In this document: one piece after another, positions 17,132 to 26,700 of the stretch
Numbering within the stretch: position 1 is the stretch's first letter
Layout: each line of letters begins with the position of its first letter
NCBI GenBank assembly: GCA_023229615.1
Contig: JALNYX010000002.1
Coordinates: 8,797 to 62,257 of the forward strand
Reading direction: 5' to 3'
Source of the DNA: Candidatus Moraniibacteriota bacterium
Lineage (GTDB): Bacteria > Patescibacteriota > Minisyncoccia > Moranbacterales > UBA9337
Length of the DNA stretch: 53,461 nt
Position numbers and translations under genes: made by a program
The notes under the pieces: model-generated
The model's database searches: none
Told to the model about the DNA's origin: nothing
What the model saw: the letters and a program-made list of their open reading frames with translations, nothing else

Positions 17132-17674
17132 ATGCGAAGAAGATTCAAACCGAGAAAACAGCAAATGTACGAAAAACCGCGCTATCGCGTAAACGAACGC
17201 ATACGCATTCCATTAGTTTCTGTTATTGATGAAGCAGGAAGCCACCTAGGAGAAATGTCGAGCTTTGATGCTCTCACGCTAGCCCGTTCCAAAGAAATGG
17301 ACTTAGTAGAAGTATCCCCCAACACGCGTCCACCGGTATGCAAAATAATGGATTATGGGAAGTTTCAGTACGCTCAAGCAAAAAAGAGCAAATCCCAAAC
17401 TGCTCAGAAGAAAACTGAAACAAAAGGAATTCGCATTGGAGTTCGAACAGACACGCATGATTTGGATTTCAAAAAGAAACAAGCAGAAAAGTTTCTCTCA
17501 AAGGGAAATAAAGTAAAAATTGAAATAAGACTCAGAGGAAGAGAGAAAGCTCACCAAGATTTGGCCAGAAAAAATTTGAAAGATTTTTCTAGCAGCATTG
17601 AAACCCCACATAAGATTGAGGAAGATGCGAAAAGATTTCCCGGGGGATTTAATATATTAATAGCACCAGAGTAA
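17132..17674 (+). CDS. infC: translation initiation factor IF-3
   Basis: 180 aa. ..RVNERIRIPLVSVIDEAGSHLG...DLVEVSPNTRPPVCKIMDYGKFQY.. is canonical IF-3. The exact start is uncertain, because IF-3 genes often use atypical starts. Confidence 0.9.
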   Translation: MRRRFKPRKQQMYEKPRYRVNERIRIPLVSVIDEAGSHLGEMSSFDALTLARSKEMDLVEVSPNTRPPVCKIMDYGKFQYAQAKKSKSQTAQKKTETKGIRIGVRTDTHDLDFKKKQAEKFLSKGNKVKIEIRLRGREKAHQDLARKNLKDFSSSIETPHKIEEDAKRFPGGFNILIAPE

Positions 17675-17750
17675 ATTTAGTATTTTGAATTATGAATTCA
17701 GAATATTAGATACTTAATTCTTAATTCCAAATTCTTAATTCTACAAACAT

Positions 17751-17945
17751 ATGCCTAAACTAAAGACCAAGAAATCAGTTATCAAGAAAGTTCGCATCAC
17801 AAAGAACAAAAAAGTGATCGTGCGACACACCAAACAAAATCACGGAAACAGCAAAGAAACCGGAAAATTTCGTCGCCACAAAAGAAACGACCAGCAATTA
17901 TTCAAGACTGACGAAAAAAATATATTAAAAGCAATAATCAACTAG
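17751..17945 (+). CDS. rpmI: 50S ribosomal protein L35
   Basis: MPKLKTKKSVIKKVRITKNKKVIVRH..., 64 aa, canonical L35. Confidence 0.95.
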   Translation: MPKLKTKKSVIKKVRITKNKKVIVRHTKQNHGNSKETGKFRRHKRNDQQLFKTDEKNILKAIIN

Positions 17946-18008
17946 AACAGTAGCGATGTAATGCAGTATTCCCTACTGCACTACAAAACTAATAACCTAA
18001 ACAATACA

Positions 18009-18356
18009 ATGACTAGAATTAAAAGAGGAGTAACCGCTTCAAAAAGAAGAAAGAATGTATTAAAACTGACCAAAGGATTTCGCTGGAGAAGAAAAACCAA
18101 CTTCAGAGCGGCTAAAGAAGCTGTTCTAAAGGCTGGAAAATACGCCTATCGAGACAGACGCACTAAAAAAAGAACTATGCGTCGCCTATGGATCATCCGA
18201 TTGAACAATGCAGTAAGATTACTTGGACTCAAATACAGCGAACTTATCAATATTCAAACCAAGAAAAATAATGAACTTGATCGAAAAGTTCTTTCTCAAA
18301 TGGCAATGGAAAACCCGTCCATATTTGAAAAATTGATAGCAGGATTGAAAAAATAA
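18009..18356 (+). CDS. rplT: 50S ribosomal protein L20
   Basis: MTRIKRGVTASKRRKNVLKLTKGFRWRR... The conserved L20 N-terminus begins at the internal ATG 18009, and the track ORF start at 17961 is an upstream extension. Confidence 0.95.
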   Translation: MTRIKRGVTASKRRKNVLKLTKGFRWRRKTNFRAAKEAVLKAGKYAYRDRRTKKRTMRRLWIIRLNNAVRLLGLKYSELINIQTKKNNELDRKVLSQMAMENPSIFEKLIAGLKK

Positions 18357-18373
18357 TTCTTTTAGATAAAAAA

Positions 18374-18401
18374 CGCCTCGATTTTGATTGAGGTGTTTTT
18401 T
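18374..18401 (+). terminator. intrinsic terminator after rplT (A-run on the other side, so possibly bidirectional)
   Basis: CGCCTCGAT-TTTG-ATTGAGGTG hairpin (two G-U pairs) followed by TTTTTT. Confidence 0.6.
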
Positions 18402-18425
18402 GTACGCAATTTATTTAACTCTGAA

Positions 18426-18806
18426 TCAATCCGCCTTTTTAATCTTTTTTAGAAAAATCCAAACAACCGACAAACCTAAAATAATTCCCACTGAGTCAAT
18501 TCCTACATCAGAAATCTTCCCTTCCCTCCCGAAGACAAATGATTGATGAAATTCATCAGAAAAAGCATAGACCAAAGAAAACAATCCGGACAAAACAACC
18601 AACATCTTTCCGGAAAAATATTTGCGGAACAAATTCATCAAAAGCAACGCCAAAACAAAATATTCAAAAATATGAGCACCTTTTCGCTCAGCATAAAACC
18701 AAAAATCAGGACTGGAATTTTTCACTCCCCCGGGCACGGATGAGAAACTGAAAATAACCACCAGCCACAATAACAATGGAAGATAATTTTTTAAAAAAGT
18801 TTTCAT
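18426..18806 (-). CDS. VanZ-like family membrane protein
   Basis: 126 aa, 4 TM helices. ..AFSDEFHQSFVFGREGKISDVGIDSVGIILG is the VanZ signature region. Confidence 0.75.
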   Translation of the reverse strand: MKTFLKNYLPLLLWLVVIFSFSSVPGGVKNSSPDFWFYAERKGAHIFEYFVLALLLMNLFRKYFSGKMLVVLSGLFSLVYAFSDEFHQSFVFGREGKISDVGIDSVGIILGLSVVWIFLKKIKKAD

Positions 18807-18950
18807 CTATTTGGAATATTTATTTGCCAATTCTTTAATGAGCCGAAACAACGCCAAGAAAGGCAGCCATAACCAAACAATCTTTTTCAAAAAATCATCA
18901 ATAACCTGATTTGTATTCATTGGCATATGTTTTGCAAGTTTAAAATTAAT

Positions 18951-19006
18951 TCACTGTTCATTGTTCATTGTTCATTGTTCATTGTTCGTTGTTCATTGCT
19001 CACTGT
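18951..19006. repeat. (TCAYTGT) x8 tandem heptamer array
   Basis: tcactgt tcattgt x4 tcgttgt tcattgc tcactgt, read directly. The last unit contains the TGA stop (19002-19000) of the HAD gene. Confidence 0.95.
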
Positions 19007-19698
19007 ATATCATAAATCACATCCTTTTTTTCAACTACAATTTTCCAACTTTTTTCTTCGGCAATACTTTTCAAATTATAATTCGGATTAAATGTTATTG
19101 GATTATCAACCAACTCCAAAAAACTCGCATCTGATTCTGTATCACCCACTCCATATGATCCCTTTAATGTTAAATTATTTTCAAAGACATATTGCCTTAA
19201 GACCTGTCCTTTATCTCTGGTCGGCTCAAACTCAATTTTTCCAGTATAATTTCCATCCTCATCAATCTCGTACATACTTCCAAAAACTTTATCAAACTTC
19301 AGATGTTCCTTATTGAATTCATCTACAATTTCCAAAGGAGAACCGGAAATTGCAATAATACAAAATCCTTCTTTTTTTATTTTTTTGATTAAGTTTTCCG
19401 CAAAAACATAAGTTCGATTTTTGTGGAAAGGAACTACTATCCTACTCGCTCGAATAATATCTTCTTTTTTCTTACCCGTAATATGCTTGTTATACAAGGC
19501 AACTAGAGCTAAGCGATAATCTTCATATGTCCCCTCATGCTCCAACCAATTCGTATATAAACGCGTTAAGTCATTCCTCACCTGACGCGGAAAAACTTTC
19601 ATCCACACTAACTCATTGATAAGTTCGAAATGTAAATTTTTCCGAAAAATAGTCCCGTCAATATCAAAAATAGCAATTTTTCTTTTTTCGTTTTTCAT
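19000..19698 (-). CDS. HAD-IB family hydrolase (phosphoserine-phosphatase-like)
   Basis: 232 aa. Motif I FDIDGTIF, motif III/IV ..GVGDTESDASFL. Confidence 0.8.
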   Translation of the reverse strand: MKNEKRKIAIFDIDGTIFRKNLHFELINELVWMKVFPRQVRNDLTRLYTNWLEHEGTYEDYRLALVALYNKHITGKKKEDIIRASRIVVPFHKNRTYVFAENLIKKIKKEGFCIIAISGSPLEIVDEFNKEHLKFDKVFGSMYEIDEDGNYTGKIEFEPTRDKGQVLRQYVFENNLTLKGSYGVGDTESDASFLELVDNPITFNPNYNLKSIAEEKSWKIVVEKKDVIYDIQ

Positions 19699-19835
19699 TT
19701 AACTTGCTTTTTTCCACTCGACAAACTCCTGCACCCCCAAAGCCGTTTTTTAAATAATTCCACAGATTCTTTTTTGCAAAAATCCGCTTTCTTTGGGGGG
19801 GCTTGAAGCGCATCCGGTAAGAAAAAAATTATTTG

Positions 19836-20036
19836 TTATTCCTTTCCATTTGTTCCACAAGAAGCATGTTCAAAGTAAACAGCATACACAGCAAATAGAA
19901 TAGCTACCATCGCCCATTGAGTTCCAGCCAATCCAATAATTTGTTCCATTCCGGAAGCAAAAACAACCGCTCCCAACACCAAAGCTACTGCTGATATCCA
20001 GAAAGCGCCTGTTTGCATAGATTTCATATTTTTCAT
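19836..20036 (-). CDS. small two-helix membrane protein, hypothetical
   Basis: 66 aa, two hydrophobic helices. SD-like GGAAGGTG lies 8 nt upstream of the ATG. Confidence 0.55.
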   Translation of the reverse strand: MKNMKSMQTGAFWISAVALVLGAVVFASGMEQIIGLAGTQWAMVAILFAVYAVYFEHASCGTNGKE

Positions 20037-20148
20037 TTATTTTTCACCTTCCTTTCTATTTTTATTTTCTTTTTATCCTAAACGCCTTCATCTTAGCATA
20101 TTTGAATGATTTTGCACAGATTTTTTCCTATCTGTCAAAAATTGTAAC

Positions 20149-21291
20149 TTAATTATGCACAATCACTGATGTTCCGATTTCTGCCCAATTATACACTCTC
20201 TCTGCCGAACCAACGCCCAATCGCACACAACCATGCGAAACCGGGATTCCTAAGTGATTCGCGCCCTCCTTGTATCCTCCCGGCCATTCTGGCAACTCAT
20301 GAATTCCAAATTTACCGCTAGGAACAATTGCCATCCAATATGGCATATACAAACCATATGTTTTTGACCACGGACGAGGACTCTTGTTTTGAATTTGAAA
20401 TGATCCTTCCGGAGTATCCATCCCTCTCTTTCCCGATGAAACCAAGAATACATCCAAAACTTTCCCATTCTCAAAGATAGTCATCACCTGACTTTTCAAA
20501 TTAACATCAATTAATTTACCCTCCTTAATTTGAGCAACGGTATATTTTTTTGCCTGCACCAAACGCTGTGAAAAATCATCACTCCATTGCAATGGCTTTG
20601 GAGGCAAAGTTTCAAAAGAAGTTTCATAAATTTTTCGAGAAAAATCTTTTTCCTTTTTATGTTTGATATACACAGTTATATTGTACCGTTGTCCTTTTTT
20701 ATATTCATTCTTGAAAACTAATTTTACTCGTTTTCCAGAAGAATCCAATGTATGGGAAATTTCTTCTGTAGGATCTATTTCAAATTTGAGTTGATAATCA
20801 ATCAAAGATTTGTCAAAAACTGCCAAAATCGGATCTTCGATATCGATAATGACATCCTTTTGTTCCGGAGCCGGATAAAAACTTTCGAGTTTTGGATAAC
20901 TTCTCACATTAAAATTAAAAGAAAAATCACTTTCTACCATCATTATATTTTTAGCGCCTCGCATATTTATGGTATATTTTTCTCCCGGAATCCAAATTGA
21001 TTTTGGGGTAATCATCAACTTCTTCCCGGCATTGCTCCACGAAAAATCAACGGGAATATTTGGAATGATTTCAATTTTATTACTCACTGTCCCCGCGATC
21101 ATTGAATCAGAGAAATTCACTACCAGGCTCTCATCCTCCTGCAAATTTTCCGATTTTTCCGCATAAGCCGAAGTAGTAAAAATCCTTGGATATGCTTGCA
21201 CACTAAAAAAACCGCCTGAAATTCCAAGAACTGCAATCAATGCCGCGAAAGTAAGACTGATATGATGTTTTTTTATTTTTCTTGTTGGCAT
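20149..21291 (-). CDS. L,D-transpeptidase (YkuD domain) with N-terminal Ig-like domains
   Basis: 380 aa. Signal anchor. C-terminal ..GIHELPEWP...GIPVSHGCVRL.. is the YkuD catalytic motif. Confidence 0.85.
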   Translation of the reverse strand: MPTRKIKKHHISLTFAALIAVLGISGGFFSVQAYPRIFTTSAYAEKSENLQEDESLVVNFSDSMIAGTVSNKIEIIPNIPVDFSWSNAGKKLMITPKSIWIPGEKYTINMRGAKNIMMVESDFSFNFNVRSYPKLESFYPAPEQKDVIIDIEDPILAVFDKSLIDYQLKFEIDPTEEISHTLDSSGKRVKLVFKNEYKKGQRYNITVYIKHKKEKDFSRKIYETSFETLPPKPLQWSDDFSQRLVQAKKYTVAQIKEGKLIDVNLKSQVMTIFENGKVLDVFLVSSGKRGMDTPEGSFQIQNKSPRPWSKTYGLYMPYWMAIVPSGKFGIHELPEWPGGYKEGANHLGIPVSHGCVRLGVGSAERVYNWAEIGTSVIVHN

Positions 21292-21305
21292 ATTTATTTT
21301 AATGT

Positions 21306-22355
21306 TTATACGTTATTCTCCTGGATAAGTTTGCGCATTTCTTCCCAAACCTCCGGATGATTCTTTTCCGTTTTCAGCCAATACCACCACTCTGCTCCCC
21401 AAAGATATATCTGCGGAAATCCGCCATCTTTAGCATAACTCACAATCTCTCTTAACTTCTTTTCATTCATAGAATTAAATTGCTCTTCCAGGCTTTTATG
21501 AACAGTCCATCCGGAAACCCAAGGCTCCGCCTGAAGTTCAATAACCACAGCATTATCCTGATTGGCAAAAGTCCTAATCAACCATTGTTTTGCTCGAAAA
21601 AACCTCGGACCCAGAGGGTAAACATAATATCCCCATCCTTGCTTGTAAATATTCCGATACATCGTCGTGCCAAAAACATCCGCACGACTAGATGCCGCCA
21701 TCCAAGAGCTCAACTCTCCGCTATCCGTCACGATAATTTTTTTATTAGGCACATTTTTTCTGACAATTTCTATTTCCTGATCTAGCATATTCGGATCAAT
21801 TGTCGGAGTTGGACAGTCGCCAAAAGCCAAGAAAGGTTCATTTTCCACTTGCCAATATTCAACTGCCGGATGATTTTTATATCGCTTAGTCGCGCTGTCA
21901 ATAAATTGTAAAATTTCACTATTTTTCAAGTCAACATTAGCTCTCAATTCTTCGTTATTTTCTCCAATCCATTTCGGAATAAAACACTCCGGCCAACGAG
22001 GTACTTTTTGCCCGACTACTAAAATTATTTCAGCATTCCTTTTTGCCGCTTCATCAAGTTGCCAATCGATATCCGAAAAATCATAGACATCTTTTTCTTT
22101 TTCAACCAAATCCCAATAAATCGGAATGCGAATTTTGCGAATTCCCAAATCATCCAAAAGAGCCACGTAATTCTTCTTCCAATCCAGCCCGATATCCTGT
22201 GAATACCGGCTGGAAAAAGTGATTCCTAACTCGGACTTTTTTTGCGCGTTTCCGACTGGAAAATTGAAATATGCCAAGGCTAAAATAACCGCATATAAAA
22301 TTACTAAAATTAAAACCAAGAAATACCGAACTGTTTTTTTTATTATTCCCATCAT
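21306..22355 (-). CDS. membrane-anchored clan GH-A (TIM-barrel) glycoside hydrolase-like protein
   Basis: 349 aa. N-terminal TM helix. ..IRIPIYWD.. and WQVENEP (NEP acid/base-type motif). GH family not assignable by eye. Confidence 0.6.
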   Translation of the reverse strand: MMGIIKKTVRYFLVLILVILYAVILALAYFNFPVGNAQKKSELGITFSSRYSQDIGLDWKKNYVALLDDLGIRKIRIPIYWDLVEKEKDVYDFSDIDWQLDEAAKRNAEIILVVGQKVPRWPECFIPKWIGENNEELRANVDLKNSEILQFIDSATKRYKNHPAVEYWQVENEPFLAFGDCPTPTIDPNMLDQEIEIVRKNVPNKKIIVTDSGELSSWMAASSRADVFGTTMYRNIYKQGWGYYVYPLGPRFFRAKQWLIRTFANQDNAVVIELQAEPWVSGWTVHKSLEEQFNSMNEKKLREIVSYAKDGGFPQIYLWGAEWWYWLKTEKNHPEVWEEMRKLIQENNV

Positions 22356-22421
22356 ATTTAACCTATAAAATATTATTATTTAATCACTGGCGACTGATTA
22401 CGCTTTATTCTATCAGATATT

Positions 22422-23339
22422 CTAAACTGAAACGAAAACTAATCCAATTGCAATAATCGCGATTGCTCCAATTTTTTGCGCCCAATCCCAGAAATACAAC
22501 TTCTCCTCAAAAATATTATTATATTTCAAGGAAGCTAATGCCGCCAAGGCCAACACAAAAACAAACTGGACACTGCCCAAAGCATTCACCAAAGAGGCGC
22601 TACTAATGGAAATAGCCAGATTAATCAACACGGATGACCCGCCTCCAAAAATTTTGTTAAGCGCAAAAATTGCAATCGTTCCTATTTTTTTCTTTCGACT
22701 ACGTCCAGCCTTTTTCCCTCCTCTAAACGAGTCAATAATATTTTTTCTAAAAAGAGGAAAAAACATTAAACTCAATCCACCAATAAAAAGACCTATTCTT
22801 GTCCAAATAAATCCATTCAAAAAACCATCAGCCTTGTAAACATAATCAAATAAAAGATAAGCAACTGCAAAAAATATTCCACTAAAAAGAGAATGAAAAA
22901 ATCCTCCAAAAATTTTTATTGACCGAATCGGCAAGTCGAAAGAAACCAAGAAACCCCCAACAACCAAAAAAATTATCCCGATTAAAATGTAACCGGAAAA
23001 ATGCTGTCCGAATAATAATCCAACAAGCAAAGTAACAATTGGAACAATTGATCCAATCAGAGGCGCCACCCGAGAAATTTCATTTTCTTTTACTGCCTGA
23101 TAATAAAAAAGCAGGGCATAGATAAAAATAATCCCGCTCAAAAAAGAGATAGTCAAAATTTTAATTCCTGGCCAAAACATTCCCCAAGGAGCCAAGAGCA
23201 AAGAAAGCAAACTAAGCAAGGATACATAAAAAGAATATACTGCCGGCTGTGGAATTCTCTTTTTCAAAAGAATTTTGTCGATAATATATGAAACCGCCAA
23301 AAGAAAATATGCAACAATTGATAAAAATATCCAGTTCAT
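22422..23339 (-). CDS. EamA/DMT-superfamily-like polytopic membrane transporter
   Basis: 305 aa, about 10 TM helices in two similar halves separated by a basic loop (GGKKAGRSRKKK). Confidence 0.6.
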   Translation of the reverse strand: MNWIFLSIVAYFLLAVSYIIDKILLKKRIPQPAVYSFYVSLLSLLSLLLAPWGMFWPGIKILTISFLSGIIFIYALLFYYQAVKENEISRVAPLIGSIVPIVTLLVGLLFGQHFSGYILIGIIFLVVGGFLVSFDLPIRSIKIFGGFFHSLFSGIFFAVAYLLFDYVYKADGFLNGFIWTRIGLFIGGLSLMFFPLFRKNIIDSFRGGKKAGRSRKKKIGTIAIFALNKIFGGGSSVLINLAISISSASLVNALGSVQFVFVLALAALASLKYNNIFEEKLYFWDWAQKIGAIAIIAIGLVFVSV

Positions 23340-23404
23340 TTTTTATTTTTATATTTATGTTTTTGACAACCGCCAATACCTCTTTTTATAATACCACAAT
23401 TATT

Positions 23405-23433
23405 CAAAAAATGCTCCGACAAAGTCGGAGCAT
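23405..23433 (-). terminator. intrinsic terminator
   Basis: Perfect 10-bp stem ATGCTCCGAC-aaa-GTCGGAGCAT, followed by TTTTTT on the reverse strand. Confidence 0.65.
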
Positions 23434-23466
23434 TTACCGCCAAATACAAAATATCTGAATGCATTT

Positions 23467-23622
23467 CTAAAGTAAATTAAGCTGGCTGAAAAGAGTCAAT
23501 ACCATCAAAGGAACCAACGCCAACAAAACAGCAAGGTTAACTTCGTCCTGACTATCTTCTTCTTTTTTTCTTTTTTCACAATGAACACATTTTGCATGTT
23601 TCACTATTTTTTTTGTTTCCAT
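23467..23622 (-). CDS. small tail-anchored protein (51 aa), hypothetical
   Basis: Not in ORF track. METKKIVKHAKCVHCEKRKKEEDSQDEVNLAVLLALVPLMVLTLFSQLNLL. GGGGGAG lies 8 nt upstream of the ATG, and a terminator lies 34 nt downstream. Confidence 0.45.
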   Translation of the reverse strand: METKKIVKHAKCVHCEKRKKEEDSQDEVNLAVLLALVPLMVLTLFSQLNLL

Positions 23623-23780
23623 TTTTTTTCTCCCCCAGAGAGCGAGTTAATTATTACAACTACCTTGTTAATATAGTCTAATCTGCAAGATTTTCTTACC
23701 TCACCCTTCTATTATACACCTTTTTCAACCAAAAGTCAATCTCTTTAGACAACAAACAGTCTTTTTTTGTAAAAAATCCA

Positions 23781-26700
23781 TTAAAACCAAGTCCACGGTT
23801 TCCACCATCTGAATTCATTATCCGGCAAAGAAGTTGAAGATTCTTGATTTTGATTTGTATTTTCAGTGGTATCTGTTTTTCTTTCAGTAACTTTTTTGTC
23901 GCTATCTCCCTGAACAGTATTATTATCCCCACAATCAAAACTCAATTCCTGCCCAATTGATAATTTTGTTTCAATATCGGGATATTTGTCTTGGTTTTTC
24001 TCAATGATTTTTTGGTATTGAGTAGCATCGCCATAGACTTGTTTAGCAATTGACCAAAGAGTGTCGCCTGACTGTACGGAATACGTGCAAATATTGGGGG
24101 TGGCACTTTCAGGACTTTTTGAAACAGGCTGACTTTCTGATTCTTGCATTTTCGAGTTTTGATTTTCTGTCGAATTTTCTTTTGTATCTACATTCTGATT
24201 TGATATTACCAAAACTGGAAGAGATTTGGTCGTAGTTGAATGAATCCTACTTGAATCTTCGTTGTCATTACTATCCGTAGCTTTTATGCGGAAATAGTAC
24301 TTAGTGTTGGGTTGAAGATCTTTGAGAACAATTTTGTGTTTTTTTTCTTTGTCATTGTCTTTCTTTTTTTCTTTGAGGTTTTTATTGGTTCCGTATCTGA
24401 TGGTTGATTTGGTATTATGGTCAGTTTTCCAGGTTATTGTAATAGAATTTTCGGAAGATTGTGCTTTGACAGAATGAATATCAAGATCTTTTTCTTCATC
24501 GGTATCTTCTTCGACATCTTGCGGACTGGCTACTGAAAAACTAATAAGATAATCGGTGTCGTTGGCATTTTCCGATAAATCCTGACATCTCACATAATAG
24601 CTGTATGAACTACCATCGGAAAGATTGGAGATATCTTTGGTATGAATAATGCCATCTTCCGTTGTAAATAATTCGGTCATATCGGCATAAGCGGTACCGG
24701 GGGTGTTGGAATATTTACAGACAGCTGTTTCGCTGGTAGTGAGGCTTAATGTTGTGGAAGTTGTGCCGGAAGATAATTCACTGCTAGGCAAACCTTCCGA
24801 GCGCACCGGGGCTTGGGTATCGGCTTTGGTGAGATTGGAAACATTAGCTGTACCGGTATTATTAGATGAATCCGTATCCCGCATATACAAAGTGAAGGTA
24901 TCACTTTCTGCGATGTCATCCCAGTTAGTGAGGTCGGAAAAACTAGTTACAGTACTAACGCAATTGACCCAATTGGAATTGTCTATGGAACACTCCGGAT
25001 CAGTGGTTTCGGAATCGGTGAAAGTTAGGGTGTCGTCTCCGGAAACTGTGTCGAGTGTTTCGGGGGAAGTGACGGTGATAATGGGAGCGACGTCATCGGT
25101 GATATCGAAAGTATGATCAGAATATCCTCCGGTGTAGGTAAAGGTGATTTTTCCGAGTTCGTCGGCGGTGCAAACTCCGTCGACACAATCAGTGCCAGTA
25201 ATATTTGCAGTTGCCAAAGTGTCGTCAATTCTTAGTGAGTATGCTTTTCCGGCTGTCAGGTCTCCGACTGTATGAAGTGTATTAGTCGCTCCCAAAGTCG
25301 TGGAAGATTCTTTCCATTTTTTATGGTCAGTTTCCCAAATAATGGCATCCTCATCGGTGGCTTTGGTGATATCCATCCAGGCAGGACGGACTTCGGTGGT
25401 GTAGGTTGGGAAACTGCCGGATGAAGGAGTAACAGTCAGATTGGCGGTGGTGCCGGAAGTTGTAGCTAGATCTCGAAATTTTCCATCTCCATATATTCTA
25501 GCTCCAGCTTCAATATCGATTTCATCTTTACTTGCCCCCACCATATCATTAGGCGGCTGGTATTCGTAGGCACCTATGTCGGGGAGGCCGTAAATTGGGT
25601 TGCCATCCAAGTCGGAAGTAATGGAAAGGTCGGTGCCGGCGTCGATGGCAGGAGAATCGGATTGGAGATAATAATCGGAAGATGAAACGAATAATGGATT
25701 ATTTTGAATTGAATTTGCATCTTGTAAACTCGCGGTTTTCCACGCAACTAAATCAGCTTGTTTTGTCGTTCCTCCATTCGTTGTCGAAAATGCTGTGGCA
25801 GCTACATCGGGATAATATAAATTATAACTGCTTAAGATCGTTCCTAGTGCCGTAGCATCATTCGCAAAAATACTATACGGTAGTCCGCCATAGATAATAT
25901 TATTTTGTAGATCAACAGTTCCTGTGTCATTATCCGTCCAGATTGAACTGCGAGAACCACCAATTACTCCATTATTTATACAGGTATTGTTGTAGGCATG
26001 AAGGGTTGTCCCACCAATAAAAGCGAAGCAAGTATTGTCATTCTCATATATAAGATTGTTGTAGGCAGAAACCACGCTGTCAGTATGACCAGTAATTGCA
26101 TCGCCTTCGTTTATAGGGATGCCATCTCCACCACCACAATGGCGGATGATTGTTTTTTCAATTTTAGATATTCCTGTGGCAGAACTAAACCCATCCCAGC
26201 CAGCTTCTTCAATCATAGACAGACCATATCCTAGAGAAAAATCTGATGTATAAACTTTATTGGTCCCTGTACTAGTATATATACCATCATTACTGCAATC
26301 TTTTAGATAGAACGACTTGAATCTCGTATTAGATGCATAATTAGAAATACCATTGAGCACAGCTCCATCAACCTCTACTCTATTTATATAAGAACCCTCC
26401 GGAAAAGAATTATCACTTGAGAATGTTAATCCAGTATTACCGGAGTTTACAACAGATATGCGTCCATTTAGATTAAGCAAACAAGATGATGTGATTATTA
26501 CAAAGCTATCGCTACCAGAATTAGTAATAGTAACTACAACATCGTGGTCCATCGTTAATATACCACTGCATGCACGAAATGATATTCCAGCAGCTCCCGC
26601 ATCTGTATCACTGATAGTTACATCGTCATCGATTGTCAGATCGTGCTGATATAAAATATTTACTGGACCAGTATTACTACTTATTCCGCCGTTGGTTATA

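Noticed and set aside
16951-17229. 92-aa plus-strand ORF
   Set aside because: It lies inside the tmRNA 3' domain and overlaps the infC start. It is explained by ssrA.
17957-17984. Perfect 7-bp hairpin TGCAGTA-ttccc-TACTGCA between rpmI and rplT as an L20 autoregulatory site
   Set aside because: It is a real hairpin, but too small and generic to assign. The known L20 operators are pseudoknots upstream of rpmI/infC. Left as an unassigned stem.
18807-18926. 39-aa minus-strand ORF (MPMNTNQVIDDFLKKIVWLWLPFLALFRLIKELANKYSK) abutting the VanZ start (TAGATG)
   Set aside because: It is plausible as a coupled micro-ORF, but there is no SD and no other support. Not reported as a feature.
19000-19002. 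Alternative genetic code (UGA recoding, as in Gracilibacteria/Absconditabacteria)
   Set aside because: TGA terminates several genes at their natural ends (HAD hydrolase, the 182-aa ORF, the 49-aa small ORF). Conserved proteins show no in-frame TGA. The standard code fits.
23696-23938. 80-aa minus-strand ORF
   Set aside because: It overlaps the 3' end of the 1194-aa gene in another frame and runs past that gene's stop. No SD and no motif.
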